Source: Actinomycetes bacterium (GTDB lineage Bacteria; Actinomycetota; Actinomycetes; Nanopelagicales; Nanopelagicaceae). Taken from it: 64,000 nucleotides of DNA. Positions 9,521-18,589 of this stretch are shown here, piece after piece. Each line of letters starts with the position of its first letter. The first letter of the stretch is position 1. The notes under the pieces are model-generated. The model did no database searches, was not told where the DNA came from, and was given only the letters and a program-made list of their open reading frames with translations. The stretch lies in contig JANYCW010000014.1 in NCBI GenBank assembly GCA_025360085.1, positions 28,357 through 92,356 of the forward strand. Direction: 5' to 3'. The translations under genes were made by a program, and so were the position numbers.

Positions 9521-11752
9521 CTAGAAAAGCACCCTCTTCATCTCCGCTGATTTTGCAATAGCAACAAAGACTGGAATCTCATCTACTGGTGTATCTACAT
9601 GAATCCATTGTTTGCCAGTGAACTCTTCATCGCTCCAAAGATTCACCCACGTACCTTCTGGCAAGTACACCTCCATACCTGTTGTATGGGGTTGGATGAC
9701 TGGGGCAATAAGCAAACTGGTTCCGAGCATATATTGATATGGCGCTTTCCAAATTTCTTCATCATCGAAGTAGTCAAAAAATAGACCAGCCATGAGGGGC
9801 CGACCGGTCTCAATCGCTTTTTTTCCTTCCACGGAAAGGTAAGGAATTAGGCGCTTTCGCAGGGATGCAAAACTGCGAAAGATTGAAATTACCTCTGGGC
9901 TGCCATTTTGTTCGGCGATATTCCATGGAGTGCGATCATTGGAGGGAATCTGATGGTGATTAAACTCAGAATGAAACTGCATAATTGGACAGAATGTCGC
10001 CATAGCGCTTGCGCGTAGATACAAATCTGTTGATGGGAGGTCCCCGCTAAATCCAGCAATATCCCAGCCCCAAAAAAAGATTCCACTTGCCGAGGCGGTT
10101 ATTCCTGCTCTGATGGATGCACGATATGCATCCCACGTAGAATCCTCATCCCCTGCCCAAAACGTTGGATATGAGCTACTTCCTGCAAAACCTGCACGTG
10201 AAAAGGTAATTGCCTCACTCTGCGTGGAGCTGATTAATTCATGGAAAGTCTGTGCATAAGCAACCGGGAATAGATTATTTTTTTCGATTCCCAATGCACC
10301 ATCGAGATACCTAAGATCAGAACCCCATGCGTGTTCTCCACCATCAGTTTTAAAACCATCAATACACATCTCTGTTAGCAGATATTTGTGTAGGTCGCCC
10401 CACCACTTCCTAACTTTGGAATCGGTAAGATCTGGTAAGAGACCATCTCTAAACCAGAAACCGGGCACGCGATAAGGTTGGTCTGATGAGTCTTTAATGA
10501 CAAGATTGTTTTCGATTGCATAGTTCCATATCGCACGGATTTGGGAGCCAGGCTCACCCTGATCTTTAATAACTGGAATTTGCCAGAGGATACATTTGCT
10601 TCCTTGGGCATGAATGTCATCGATCATTTTCTGAGGGTTAGGCCAGGCACCATCACGTGGATATGTGATTTGTGTGCTGTGTAATCCAATCGAGCCGTCG
10701 GTGGGAGTAAACACGGCATCTCTGAATACGGCGAATGTGGATTCATCAGACCATGCCTCTAAAACAATTACTCCGAGATCAATTCCATGGGCCAGACTCA
10801 ATGCAATTTCTTCCTCAACGCGCGCTTGGGTATTCCACTCGTTGCTGCTACCCCAGATACTGTAAATCCAGTTCGGAGGAGCCTTGGGCAGTTCAAACTC
10901 GGAGATATATTGCTTAAGAATTGAGACGTAATCACCTCCATAAATCTTTATTTCGCACTCTGACTGCCCCGGTGCGATGTCAATCTCGATAATAAGACGA
11001 TCGCTTTTTGAAACACCCACGTCGAAGCGAGTTGGAGTTGATGTCTTTACATAAAAACCGTAGTTACTGCCAATAACCATTCCGAAGGGAGCTGGGAGAT
11101 AAGTTCTGTGCCCTTGCCCCTTGTACTCTTCATACACAACGGCATCGACAAACTCTCCACGTTGATCAATGGAGTTAAAGCGCTCGCCGAATCCGACAAC
11201 GTGGTCGTTCACGGTCAAAGGTAGTGAGGCACGGAGAGAAAAGATTCGCCCAGTTGAATCCCGTAGGATTTCAATATCACTACATTGAACATTTACATCA
11301 AAGCCGGAGGTAACTTCGAGAAAGCCATTTTCATCTGGAGCCCACGCTAGGGCAGAAAATGAATATGGAGTAGTGCGCTCTTTACTATCGCTTTCGAACC
11401 AGTACGTGATCTCTTCGAAATTGAGAAGAATTGGTAGATCGATTTCCCACTGGAGTTCTCCTGGATATTCACCTGATCGTGCGGCCGCATCGGCGAGGTG
11501 TGTATCTGCACCAATATATTTTGCGGTCTGACCATAAGGACCATGGTCATCAGATCGGGCATTGCCGAGCAGATTCAATTCATAAATCTCTGATTTCAAT
11601 TCTCCTCGCACATATAGAAAGACTTTTTTTGTCAACTCATCGCTGCGAGCCCGTACTTTCCATGCCTGACCAGAGATTGGATATATGGGAATGCGTTGAT
11701 CTGGCTCATATCGATATGGGTGGCCAATTCCAATTGGAACGTGGTTTAACAT
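9521..11752 (-). CDS. Glycoside hydrolase family 31, probable 1,3-alpha-isomaltosidase (cycloalternan-degrading) type
   Basis: GH31 nucleophile region DGFKTDGGEH, acid/base WAGDEDSTW, WGWDIAGF and MQFHSE. No signal peptide. Family assignment is secure; substrate is inferred. Confidence 0.88.
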   Translation of the reverse strand: MLNHVPIGIGHPYRYEPDQRIPIYPISGQAWKVRARSDELTKKVFLYVRGELKSEIYELNLLGNARSDDHGPYGQTAKYIGADTHLADAAARSGEYPGELQWEIDLPILLNFEEITYWFESDSKERTTPYSFSALAWAPDENGFLEVTSGFDVNVQCSDIEILRDSTGRIFSLRASLPLTVNDHVVGFGERFNSIDQRGEFVDAVVYEEYKGQGHRTYLPAPFGMVIGSNYGFYVKTSTPTRFDVGVSKSDRLIIEIDIAPGQSECEIKIYGGDYVSILKQYISEFELPKAPPNWIYSIWGSSNEWNTQARVEEEIALSLAHGIDLGVIVLEAWSDESTFAVFRDAVFTPTDGSIGLHSTQITYPRDGAWPNPQKMIDDIHAQGSKCILWQIPVIKDQGEPGSQIRAIWNYAIENNLVIKDSSDQPYRVPGFWFRDGLLPDLTDSKVRKWWGDLHKYLLTEMCIDGFKTDGGEHAWGSDLRYLDGALGIEKNNLFPVAYAQTFHELISSTQSEAITFSRAGFAGSSSYPTFWAGDEDSTWDAYRASIRAGITASASGIFFWGWDIAGFSGDLPSTDLYLRASAMATFCPIMQFHSEFNHHQIPSNDRTPWNIAEQNGSPEVISIFRSFASLRKRLIPYLSVEGKKAIETGRPLMAGLFFDYFDDEEIWKAPYQYMLGTSLLIAPVIQPHTTGMEVYLPEGTWVNLWSDEEFTGKQWIHVDTPVDEIPVFVAIAKSAEMKRVLF

Positions 11753-11756
11753 GGCG

Positions 11757-12884
11757 TTAATCCTCTCGAATTGCGTAATACAAAGACAAGAACATCGCGT
11801 GGCTCCAGAGGAGTGGAACCGCTGGCTCCCCCCATCTGGCTATCCATTCTGCTCTCATGTGTGGGCGCTGCAAATCTTCGGGTAACTGTTCGGGTAATTC
11901 ACATTTTTCATTTGCAAGGCTGCCTACCCACGTCAAAATTTCAGTTGCTTGATCAATCTGCTTCATTGAAACTAGGGCAAGTCCGAGAAAACATGAAAGG
12001 AGTGGCCAACGGCCTCCACCGAAGTATTCATCCTCTAAGTGTCTGAATGTACCCAGCCTGCCAAGTGTTTGAGAGACCGCGTTTATTGTAGAAAGAGCTA
12101 TCTCATCAGAGGCATCAAAAAGAGCAAATGGTGCGATGAGTGCCACAAGAGAGGCGTCGAGGCCCTCGCCATCAATCCATTTTGCTAAGTGCCCATCGAT
12201 AAGCCCACGGCTACGGATATGGAGCATTATGTCGCAGGCCGTCTTTGTAGCCAGAGTTTGTGAGGCGCTGGAAATCTCTGGCCAATGACTGGCTCTTGAA
12301 AGGCCTGCAACCATGCTGCCAAGACTTGCAACATGTTGATGTCCAAAGTTTTCTTCCCACCAGTCAAAACTTGGAATTTGCCAGAACGTGGCTAAGTAAG
12401 CAATTAAAGTTTCTACTGCACGAAATGTCGAAGGTGGGAGTGTATTGCCTCGCTCCAAAAACTTATCTAGAGAGAATATCCAACTTCCAAATCCATCTAG
12501 CTGAAGATTGGTCCAGGCCTCGGATGACTCCTTACCATCGAGGGTAAAGCGACAGTGCAGATGTTCATCATTTGCAATTGTTTCGCCCTGCTTTTGACGT
12601 TTAATTAATGAAGAGATTTTTTCTTCACGCTCAAGGATGACCCGAGTGGCCCAATTATGAAAATTTAGTGCACACTCATTTTCTCCACTAGCGCTCATCG
12701 CCTCAGCGATGAAGGCTCCGTCTCTAAACCAGCTGTAGTTGTAAACAGCAAAGTGGGGAGAGGCTAGGTAGGCACCGGAGTCAGATTGATACTTTTTAAT
12801 GATGTCGATGCTTGCGTCTTTAAGAAGTGAAAGCTTGTCAATAATAAGTTTTACCATCAATTTCTCTAGCGGTTCTTGAATCAA
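11757..12884 (-). CDS. Glycoside hydrolase family 15, probable isomaltose glucohydrolase
   Basis: GH15 motifs YSWFRDG, QLDGFG, FDWWEE, LPEQ and PLLWSHA. Alternative ATG at 12857. Confidence 0.88.
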   Translation of the reverse strand: MIQEPLEKLMVKLIIDKLSLLKDASIDIIKKYQSDSGAYLASPHFAVYNYSWFRDGAFIAEAMSASGENECALNFHNWATRVILEREEKISSLIKRQKQGETIANDEHLHCRFTLDGKESSEAWTNLQLDGFGSWIFSLDKFLERGNTLPPSTFRAVETLIAYLATFWQIPSFDWWEENFGHQHVASLGSMVAGLSRASHWPEISSASQTLATKTACDIMLHIRSRGLIDGHLAKWIDGEGLDASLVALIAPFALFDASDEIALSTINAVSQTLGRLGTFRHLEDEYFGGGRWPLLSCFLGLALVSMKQIDQATEILTWVGSLANEKCELPEQLPEDLQRPHMRAEWIARWGEPAVPLLWSHAMFLSLYYAIRED

Positions 12885-12892
12885 TAATTAGG

Positions 12893-12926
12893 ATGGCGTT
12901 GCGGCCAATTGAGACCGCAACGCCAT
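12893..12926. terminator. 12-bp perfect stem-loop between the SBP and GH15 genes
   Basis: ATGGCGTTGCGG-N10-CCGCAACGCCAT. The T-run follows on the + strand, i.e. opposite to the operon direction. Confidence 0.6.
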
Positions 12927-12940
12927 TTTTTACCCCTGAA

Positions 12941-14209
12941 TTATTCTTTTGCCAGGATTGCGTTTACATCCTTAGCAGCCGAATTCAAAGCCTCTGTAAC
13001 TGATATTGAGCCATTGAGAGCCTTCTCGAGCCATGCATTCACCACGTCCTGCATTTCATTTTGTTGACGAATTACTGGAGGTGTCACAGGGTTCTTAAGT
13101 GCCTCAAAGACTGCTGCACGGTTGGCAGGTGGTGTCTTTGAGAGATAAGAGGAGAGCGTGGCTTTGTTTGAGATCGCTGGAATTTCCCAGTTAGCTCCCA
13201 AACGGATCTTGATTGCAGCAGGATCGCTAGTCATGAACTGTGCCCATTTCCATGAGGCGTTCGGATACTTTGACTTAGCAGATGCAACCACTGCATTAGC
13301 AAAGAAGTGGTTACCTGGACTAACTCCACCTGGCTCCACGGCAATGTCCCACCCAAATGGAGCATCTTTGAAAGAGTCAAAGAGCCAAATGCCTGAGTGA
13401 TACATCGCAATCTTGCCAGCCTTAAACATCGCATCATCTGCAAGTGTTCCCATTTGAGCCTTGGTTGGCGTATATCCTGCTACCGTTTTTCCGACAAGCC
13501 AGTTGAGAGCATTAATGCCTGGCTGCTTGTTAAAGAGGGCAGTCTTCTTATCGGCGCTGAGGAAACTTCCGCCGGCCTGACCGAGGACTTTATAAAACTC
13601 CCAAAACTGCGTTGGTTGGAAATCAGCATATGTGCCTGCTGGAAGTTTTGCCTTCAACGCAGCTGATGCAGAAGCTTCATCGCTCCAGTCCCAATTAGCC
13701 TTTGGTGCCTCTACTCCGGCCGCCTTAAATAAATCCTTGTTGTAATAGAGAACAACCGTGGAGAATGAAGCTGGAACCCCATACTGCTTTCCTCTGAGAT
13801 TGAAGACGTCATAGGCCTTGCCGTAGTAGATGCTCTTCTTAAAAGACTTATCCTTTTTAGATTCTTTACTCAAGTCAAGAAGCGTTCCTGCCGCAGCATA
13901 AGTAACGAAGTTCTCATAATTTAACTCAAATGCATCCGGTGTCTGATTACCCGCAACGCGGGTCTTAAGTTTGGTCCAGTAATCAGCATATGAGGCAGAC
14001 TGGATGTTGACATGGATAGTTGGATTCTTCTTTTCAAAGGCCGCAACCATAGCTTGGAGATCCTTCATATGGTCAGGAACTGCCGTGAATGTAAAGAAGT
14101 TGATTGTTGTCTTGGAAGCAGCAGCAACAGTATTGCTCACTAGCCCAACACTTGCGATGAGCAATCCAGCGATGCCGGCAGCCCAGAACTTGCTTTTCAT
14201 GCCTTTCAT
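12941..14209 (-). CDS. Carbohydrate ABC transporter substrate-binding protein
   Basis: N-terminal signal-like segment; YGVPASFSTVVLYYNKDLF and FKAGKIAM are CUT1 SBP motifs. Confidence 0.92.
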   Translation of the reverse strand: MKGMKSKFWAAGIAGLLIASVGLVSNTVAAASKTTINFFTFTAVPDHMKDLQAMVAAFEKKNPTIHVNIQSASYADYWTKLKTRVAGNQTPDAFELNYENFVTYAAAGTLLDLSKESKKDKSFKKSIYYGKAYDVFNLRGKQYGVPASFSTVVLYYNKDLFKAAGVEAPKANWDWSDEASASAALKAKLPAGTYADFQPTQFWEFYKVLGQAGGSFLSADKKTALFNKQPGINALNWLVGKTVAGYTPTKAQMGTLADDAMFKAGKIAMYHSGIWLFDSFKDAPFGWDIAVEPGGVSPGNHFFANAVVASAKSKYPNASWKWAQFMTSDPAAIKIRLGANWEIPAISNKATLSSYLSKTPPANRAAVFEALKNPVTPPVIRQQNEMQDVVNAWLEKALNGSISVTEALNSAAKDVNAILAKE

Positions 14210-14284
14210 TTCTTCCCCCTTAGTAAGTGATGTGCTACCCCGTGTAGGGCTTTCTCTCGTATCTGGAATTTCAAAGTTTGCGTT

Positions 14285-15100
14285 CTATCCTTTGATTCCT
14301 GCCGTGAGAAAACTTTGTGCGATCTGTTTTTGTAATAGAAGATAAACAAAGGCAATGGGTAAAATTGCAAGTGTTGTTCCAGCCATGACCATCGGCCAGT
14401 CGGTAAGGTTCTCACCTTGGAGATTGGCCAAAGCCAATGGAAGAGTCATCTTCTCGGGACTGAAAATTATTATTAGAGGCCAGAGGTATGCGTTCCATAC
14501 AGCCATAAAGGAGAGAATTCCTAGGGCCGCTAAGGATGGCAGGGCCAATGGCAGGGCCACTGAGAAAAATAACCGAAAATGATTTGCCCCATCTATTAGT
14601 GCTGCCTCCTCTAATTCTTTTGGAATAGCCAGCATCGCTTGGCGCATAAGAAAGACACCAAAGGCTGAAGAGAGCATAGGAAGGCCGAGTCCGAGAAAAG
14701 AGTCGATAAGTCCGAGCGCTCGCATCTCAATAAAGAGTGGCACGATTATTACCTGAAAGGGGATCATCATCGTCGCAAGGTAGATGAAAAACAAAAAATT
14801 CTTGCCACGAAAATACAATCTAGCGAATGCATATCCCGCAAGTGCTGAAGTAAATAGTTGAAGTGAAACGACAGTTATCGAAATCAAAATTGTGTTTAAG
14901 AAGAGTCTTGGCAAATTCAAAGTTTCAAATAAATTTCTGTAGTTCTCAAAAGTTGGAGATTTTGGAATGAGAGTAGGAGGAGTTGCAAATGCTTCGACGC
15001 TATTTTTAAGAGAGGAGCTAATCATCCAGAAAAATGGAAAGAGCATGATCAACCCGAAAAAATAAGTCAAATATTTTGGACGAGTATGTTTTTTATGCAT
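14285..15100 (-). CDS. Carbohydrate ABC transporter permease (MalG-like)
   Basis: EAA motif ELEEAALIDGA; LAGYAFARL and WNAYLWPL. Confidence 0.93.
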   Translation of the reverse strand: MHKKHTRPKYLTYFFGLIMLFPFFWMISSSLKNSVEAFATPPTLIPKSPTFENYRNLFETLNLPRLFLNTILISITVVSLQLFTSALAGYAFARLYFRGKNFLFFIYLATMMIPFQVIIVPLFIEMRALGLIDSFLGLGLPMLSSAFGVFLMRQAMLAIPKELEEAALIDGANHFRLFFSVALPLALPSLAALGILSFMAVWNAYLWPLIIIFSPEKMTLPLALANLQGENLTDWPMVMAGTTLAILPIAFVYLLLQKQIAQSFLTAGIKG

Positions 15101-15968
15101 AGTTGACCCACTTTTTTTGAAGACGAATTTGAATTACGGTAACAGCCATGATGATCGCAAAGAGAGACATGCTCATTGCCGATGCGTATCCCATTTTTCC
15201 GTAAGCAAAAGAGTTTTTCACAATCTGCTCAACAATTACCGATGTAGAGCCTTCGGGTCCGCCTGAAGTCATAATCCAAATTTGATCGAATACTTGAAAA
15301 TTATTTATGAGACTAATAACGAGTACAAAAAATGATGCTGGAGTCAATAGCGGAAGCGTTATATGCAAGAGAATTTGACGCTTGGAGGCACCATCGATTG
15401 CGGCAGCTTCTTTATACTCAGGTGGAATTGCCTGTAGCCCGGCCAAAAGAATAAGCATGACCCAACCGAGGTCTTTCCATGCTGAAGGTACGATGACAGA
15501 AATCATTGCCCAGGATTTGCTGGTCCACCATCCGGGGCCTTGTATTCCGAATAGGTGTAGGGCTGAATTAACTACCCCCCCGTTGGGATTTAAAATCCAC
15601 TTCCACAGTAGGGCCACGATTACCCAACTGGTAATAACAGGCAAGAAAAAGGCGGCCCGAAGCGCCATGGAACCTTTGAATTTTCTATCCAGAGCAAGCG
15701 CTGCGCTGAGGCCGAGAATGTAAACCAGCGGTAGATAGCCCGCAATGAAAATGAGCGTGTTCTGTAAGGCATTGCGGAAATTGGCATCATGGAGCAGAGC
15801 TTTGAAGTTCTCAAAGCCCACCCACGTAGGGGGAGAAAGTAAATCCCACGTAGTAAAACTGAGAACTCCCGCCGCCAGCATTGGCAGGATAAGGAATAAA
15901 ACTAGTGGAATCAGACTAGGTGCAATAAAAACTGCTGCAGTCCGACTTTGCCCGCTCTTAAGACTCAT
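15093..15968 (-). CDS. Carbohydrate ABC transporter permease (MalF-like)
   Basis: LLAGLQAIPPEYKEAAAIDGA EAA loop; FQVFDQIWIMTSGGP; GYASAMS. Confidence 0.93.
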   Translation of the reverse strand: MSLKSGQSRTAAVFIAPSLIPLVLFLILPMLAAGVLSFTTWDLLSPPTWVGFENFKALLHDANFRNALQNTLIFIAGYLPLVYILGLSAALALDRKFKGSMALRAAFFLPVITSWVIVALLWKWILNPNGGVVNSALHLFGIQGPGWWTSKSWAMISVIVPSAWKDLGWVMLILLAGLQAIPPEYKEAAAIDGASKRQILLHITLPLLTPASFFVLVISLINNFQVFDQIWIMTSGGPEGSTSVIVEQIVKNSFAYGKMGYASAMSMSLFAIIMAVTVIQIRLQKKWVNYA

Positions 15969-17152
15969 GCAGAAAATCCAGAAGCGGAAGCGATGCGTAA
16001 ACGGTTCTTAACCTCCACTGATTGTGAGTTGATATTTGAGTTCCTACTCAATGATGCCTGCAAAACAATTGCAGTGGCACCGAGTGCCCATTTCGCATCA
16101 TCCCAAGGATCGACTTCGATTTCGAACTTGTTCATCGTGGAAACAACACTGGCTTTAAGGCTTTTTTGAAAATGTGGCTCCCAGAGATCCCAGGCTCCAA
16201 CACCTTCGCCACTTATGAAGATTAGTTCAGGACCAAAAACATTGATGACATTACCAAGAGCTATACCTAGAGCTTCAGCAGGTTTTTTAAAGAGCGCATG
16301 TGCAATTTTCTTATCGCTTCGCGCTAACTCCAGCAATTTTGATATGGAAGTATTTGGGCGGATGTAACCCGCCGTGACGGCGGATGCATGAATGGCGGGA
16401 CTGGATGCAAGCGTTTCGAGACATCCCATTTTTCCGCATTCGCAGAGAGCTCCAGGAGAAACAGCCTGCACGTGCCCGAATTCGCCAGCGCCGTAGGAAC
16501 CAGAATAAAGTTCGCCGTTGATGACGAGCCCCATACCAATTCCCCGACCAAGTGTGATTGTGATGAAGTTGCTGACGTCGCGGCCATGTCCATAAAGACT
16601 CTCAGTGATCGAGAGTGTATTAACGTCGTTCTCTAGTAAAACTGGGGTATTGAGTTCTTGAGAGAGTTTTTTACCCACGTCTAAGTTGGTCCATCCAAGC
16701 ATTAAAGAGTCTGCTGTACTTGAATCCAAAGGTGAGACCACGCCAGGCACGCCAATTCCGATTCCAAGGAGTTGTCCCTTAACGCGCTTAACTTGCTTGC
16801 GCAGTAAATTAGTCAACTCTTTTACTGCCGCTTCACCGCGGGATTTGAAAGGCTCCTCGAATTTCCAGAGTATTTCTGAATGAAGATTAACGCAGACTCC
16901 AACGACATGGTCTTCAGCTAATTTAATACCCAGAAGTTGACCCGCATTGGCAACTAGCCCTAAAAGAGTGGCTGGTCGACCGCCCGTAGAAGGGGATTGC
17001 TCCAACTCGGTGATAAGCCCCCGATCTAAGAGGTACTTAGTCGCCTGCGTCAAGGTTGGGCCACTGAGGCCCAAATCTCGAGCTAATTGAGCGCGGGAAA
17101 GTGGTCCCTGAGTAGCGATGTTTCTTAGAACTTCGTTTGTACTATCTCGCAT
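15965..17152 (-). CDS. ROK-family transcriptional repressor
   Basis: N-terminal wHTH (LSRAQLARDLGLSGPTLT...STGGRPA) plus ROK domain (LENDVN, GEFGH, CECGKMGCLE). Confidence 0.92.
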   Translation of the reverse strand: MRDSTNEVLRNIATQGPLSRAQLARDLGLSGPTLTQATKYLLDRGLITELEQSPSTGGRPATLLGLVANAGQLLGIKLAEDHVVGVCVNLHSEILWKFEEPFKSRGEAAVKELTNLLRKQVKRVKGQLLGIGIGVPGVVSPLDSSTADSLMLGWTNLDVGKKLSQELNTPVLLENDVNTLSITESLYGHGRDVSNFITITLGRGIGMGLVINGELYSGSYGAGEFGHVQAVSPGALCECGKMGCLETLASSPAIHASAVTAGYIRPNTSISKLLELARSDKKIAHALFKKPAEALGIALGNVINVFGPELIFISGEGVGAWDLWEPHFQKSLKASVVSTMNKFEIEVDPWDDAKWALGATAIVLQASLSRNSNINSQSVEVKNRLRIASASGFSA

Positions 17153-17179
17153 CCCGACACCTCCCGACTTACTTTCTTT

Positions 17180-17195
17180 ACTTACTTAAGTAAGT
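17180..17195. promoter_or_regulatory. Perfect 16-bp palindrome, candidate ROK repressor operator
   Basis: ACTTACTTAAGTAAGT, 28 bp upstream of the ROK start codon. A half-site-like ACTTACT also occurs at 17167-17173. Confidence 0.6.
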
Positions 17196-17300
17196 GGAGA
17201 TTAAATCTCTATTGAATAGAAAGCAATAGCAAACCGGAGTTTTTTAAATATCGTTTTGATAACGAAAATCCCGTTTGCCCCACGTGCGACACGTGCATCT

Positions 17301-17323
17301 TTGTCAGTGGCATTTGCTATCTT
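17301..17323 (+). promoter_or_regulatory. RecA-NDp / PafBC-type DNA-damage promoter upstream of recA
   Basis: TTGTCAGTG-N8-TATCTT is an exact fit to tTGTCRgtg-N8-TAnnnT. Confidence 0.75.
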
Positions 17324-17339
17324 TCGAACAGGTGTTCGG
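17324..17339. promoter_or_regulatory. LexA (SOS) box upstream of recA
   Basis: TCGAACAGGTGTTCGG contains the CGAAC-N4-GTTCG consensus. Confidence 0.85.
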
Positions 17340-17423
17340 TTATCCTAACCCTGTACAACCAGAGCGGTTCCATCTTCCGCCCGAAGTTCGTTACCCACAG
17401 CCTCTGTGGTGCGTGCTTCGGTC

Positions 17424-17445
17424 CGTCGGTGGGTCTCCGTACCTT
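17424..17445 (+). promoter_or_regulatory. Second PafBC-type promoter motif upstream of recA
   Basis: CGTCGG-N10-TACCTT is one mismatch from TGTCGG-N10-TAnnnT and lies 50 nt upstream of the recA GTG. Confidence 0.55.
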
Positions 17446-17494
17446 CTGGGCCAGAACCCAAACGTCGCATGACGTTCTATCGAAAGGAAAGTAC

Positions 17495-18589
17495 GTGGCT
17501 ACTGAAAAAAACAATAAAGCCAGCGAAGCTGCTCAAGAAAAAGCAACCACCGAACGCCAAAAGGCGCTTGACACAGCCCTAGCCCAGATCGAACGTCAAT
17601 TTGGAAAAGGCTCCGTAATGAAAATGTCTGATCGAGCTAATCAGATTATTGAAGTAATTCCTACGGGCTCAATCGCACTCGATATTGCACTTGGTATCGG
17701 CGGATTACCGCGCGGTCGTATCGTTGAAATCTACGGACCCGAGTCTTCCGGTAAGACAACACTGTCGATGCATGCAATTGCAAATGCACAAAGAGCCGGT
17801 GGGATTTGTGCCTTCATCGATGCCGAACATGCATTTGATGCCGAATATGCAAAGAAGCTCGGTATCGATATTGATGCACTATTAGTTTCGCAGCCAGATA
17901 CGGGTGAGCAAGCCCTTGAGATTATGGATATGTTAATTCGCTCAGGTGCGCTAGATCTAGTTGTTGTTGACTCAGTTGCCGCCCTTGTTCCTCGTGCTGA
18001 AATTGAAGGCGAAATGGGTGATTCACATATGGGCCTACAGGCCCGACTTATGTCACAAGCGCTTCGTAAAATTACGGGTGCTCTTCACCAATCCAAGACA
18101 ACTGCAATCTTCATTAACCAGTTGCGTGAAAAAATCGGCGTATTTTTTGGTTCTCCTGAGACAACTACTGGTGGTAAGGCATTGAAGTTCTACGCATCAG
18201 TGCGATTAGATATCCGCCGTATTGAAACGCTTAAAGATGGACAAGAGGCCGTGGGTAACCGCACGCGCGTAAAGGTTGTTAAAAATAAGATGGCTCCGCC
18301 ATTTAAGCAGGCCGAGTTCGATATTATTTATGGCACAGGTATTTCACGCGAAGGCTCCTTAATCGATATGGGTGTTGATATCGGTATCGTTAAAAAAGCA
18401 GGTGCTTGGTATACCTATGAGTCCGATCAACTTGGACAGGGTAAAGAGAATGCACGTACCTTCCTTCTTGATAATCCAGATCTGGCAAATGAGATTGAGG
18501 CCAAGATTCGCGCTCACTTTGCACCCGTTGAGGTCGATGCCGATCTCATCGCGGCAATTGATGAGGCTGCAGCAGAGGTTGATTTCTAA
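17495..18589 (+). CDS. recA: Recombinase A
   Basis: Walker [17 protein letters not shown] and [17 protein letters not shown] 17495 follows the SD AAAGGA. No intein. Confidence 0.99.
   Translation: MATEKNNKASEAAQEKATTERQKALDTALAQIERQFGKGSVMKMSDRANQIIEVIPTGSIALDIALGIGGLPRGRIVEIYGPESSGKTTLSMHAIANAQRAGGICAFIDAEHAFDAEYAKKLGIDIDALLVSQPDTGEQALEIMDMLIRSGALDLVVVDSVAALVPRAEIEGEMGDSHMGLQARLMSQALRKITGALHQSKTTAIFINQLREKIGVFFGSPETTTGGKALKFYASVRLDIRRIETLKDGQEAVGNRTRVKVVKNKMAPPFKQAEFDIIYGTGISREGSLIDMGVDIGIVKKAGAWYTYESDQLGQGKENARTFLLDNPDLANEIEAKIRAHFAPVEVDADLIAAIDEAAAEVDF

Noticed and set aside
17281-17296. Two CACGTG hexamers as a possible parS site
   Set aside because: The flanking GTTT/AAAC of the parS consensus is missing.
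17429-17494. N-terminal extension of RecA in the ORF track
   Set aside because: The SD AAAGGA precedes GTG 17495, and the extension overlaps a promoter motif.
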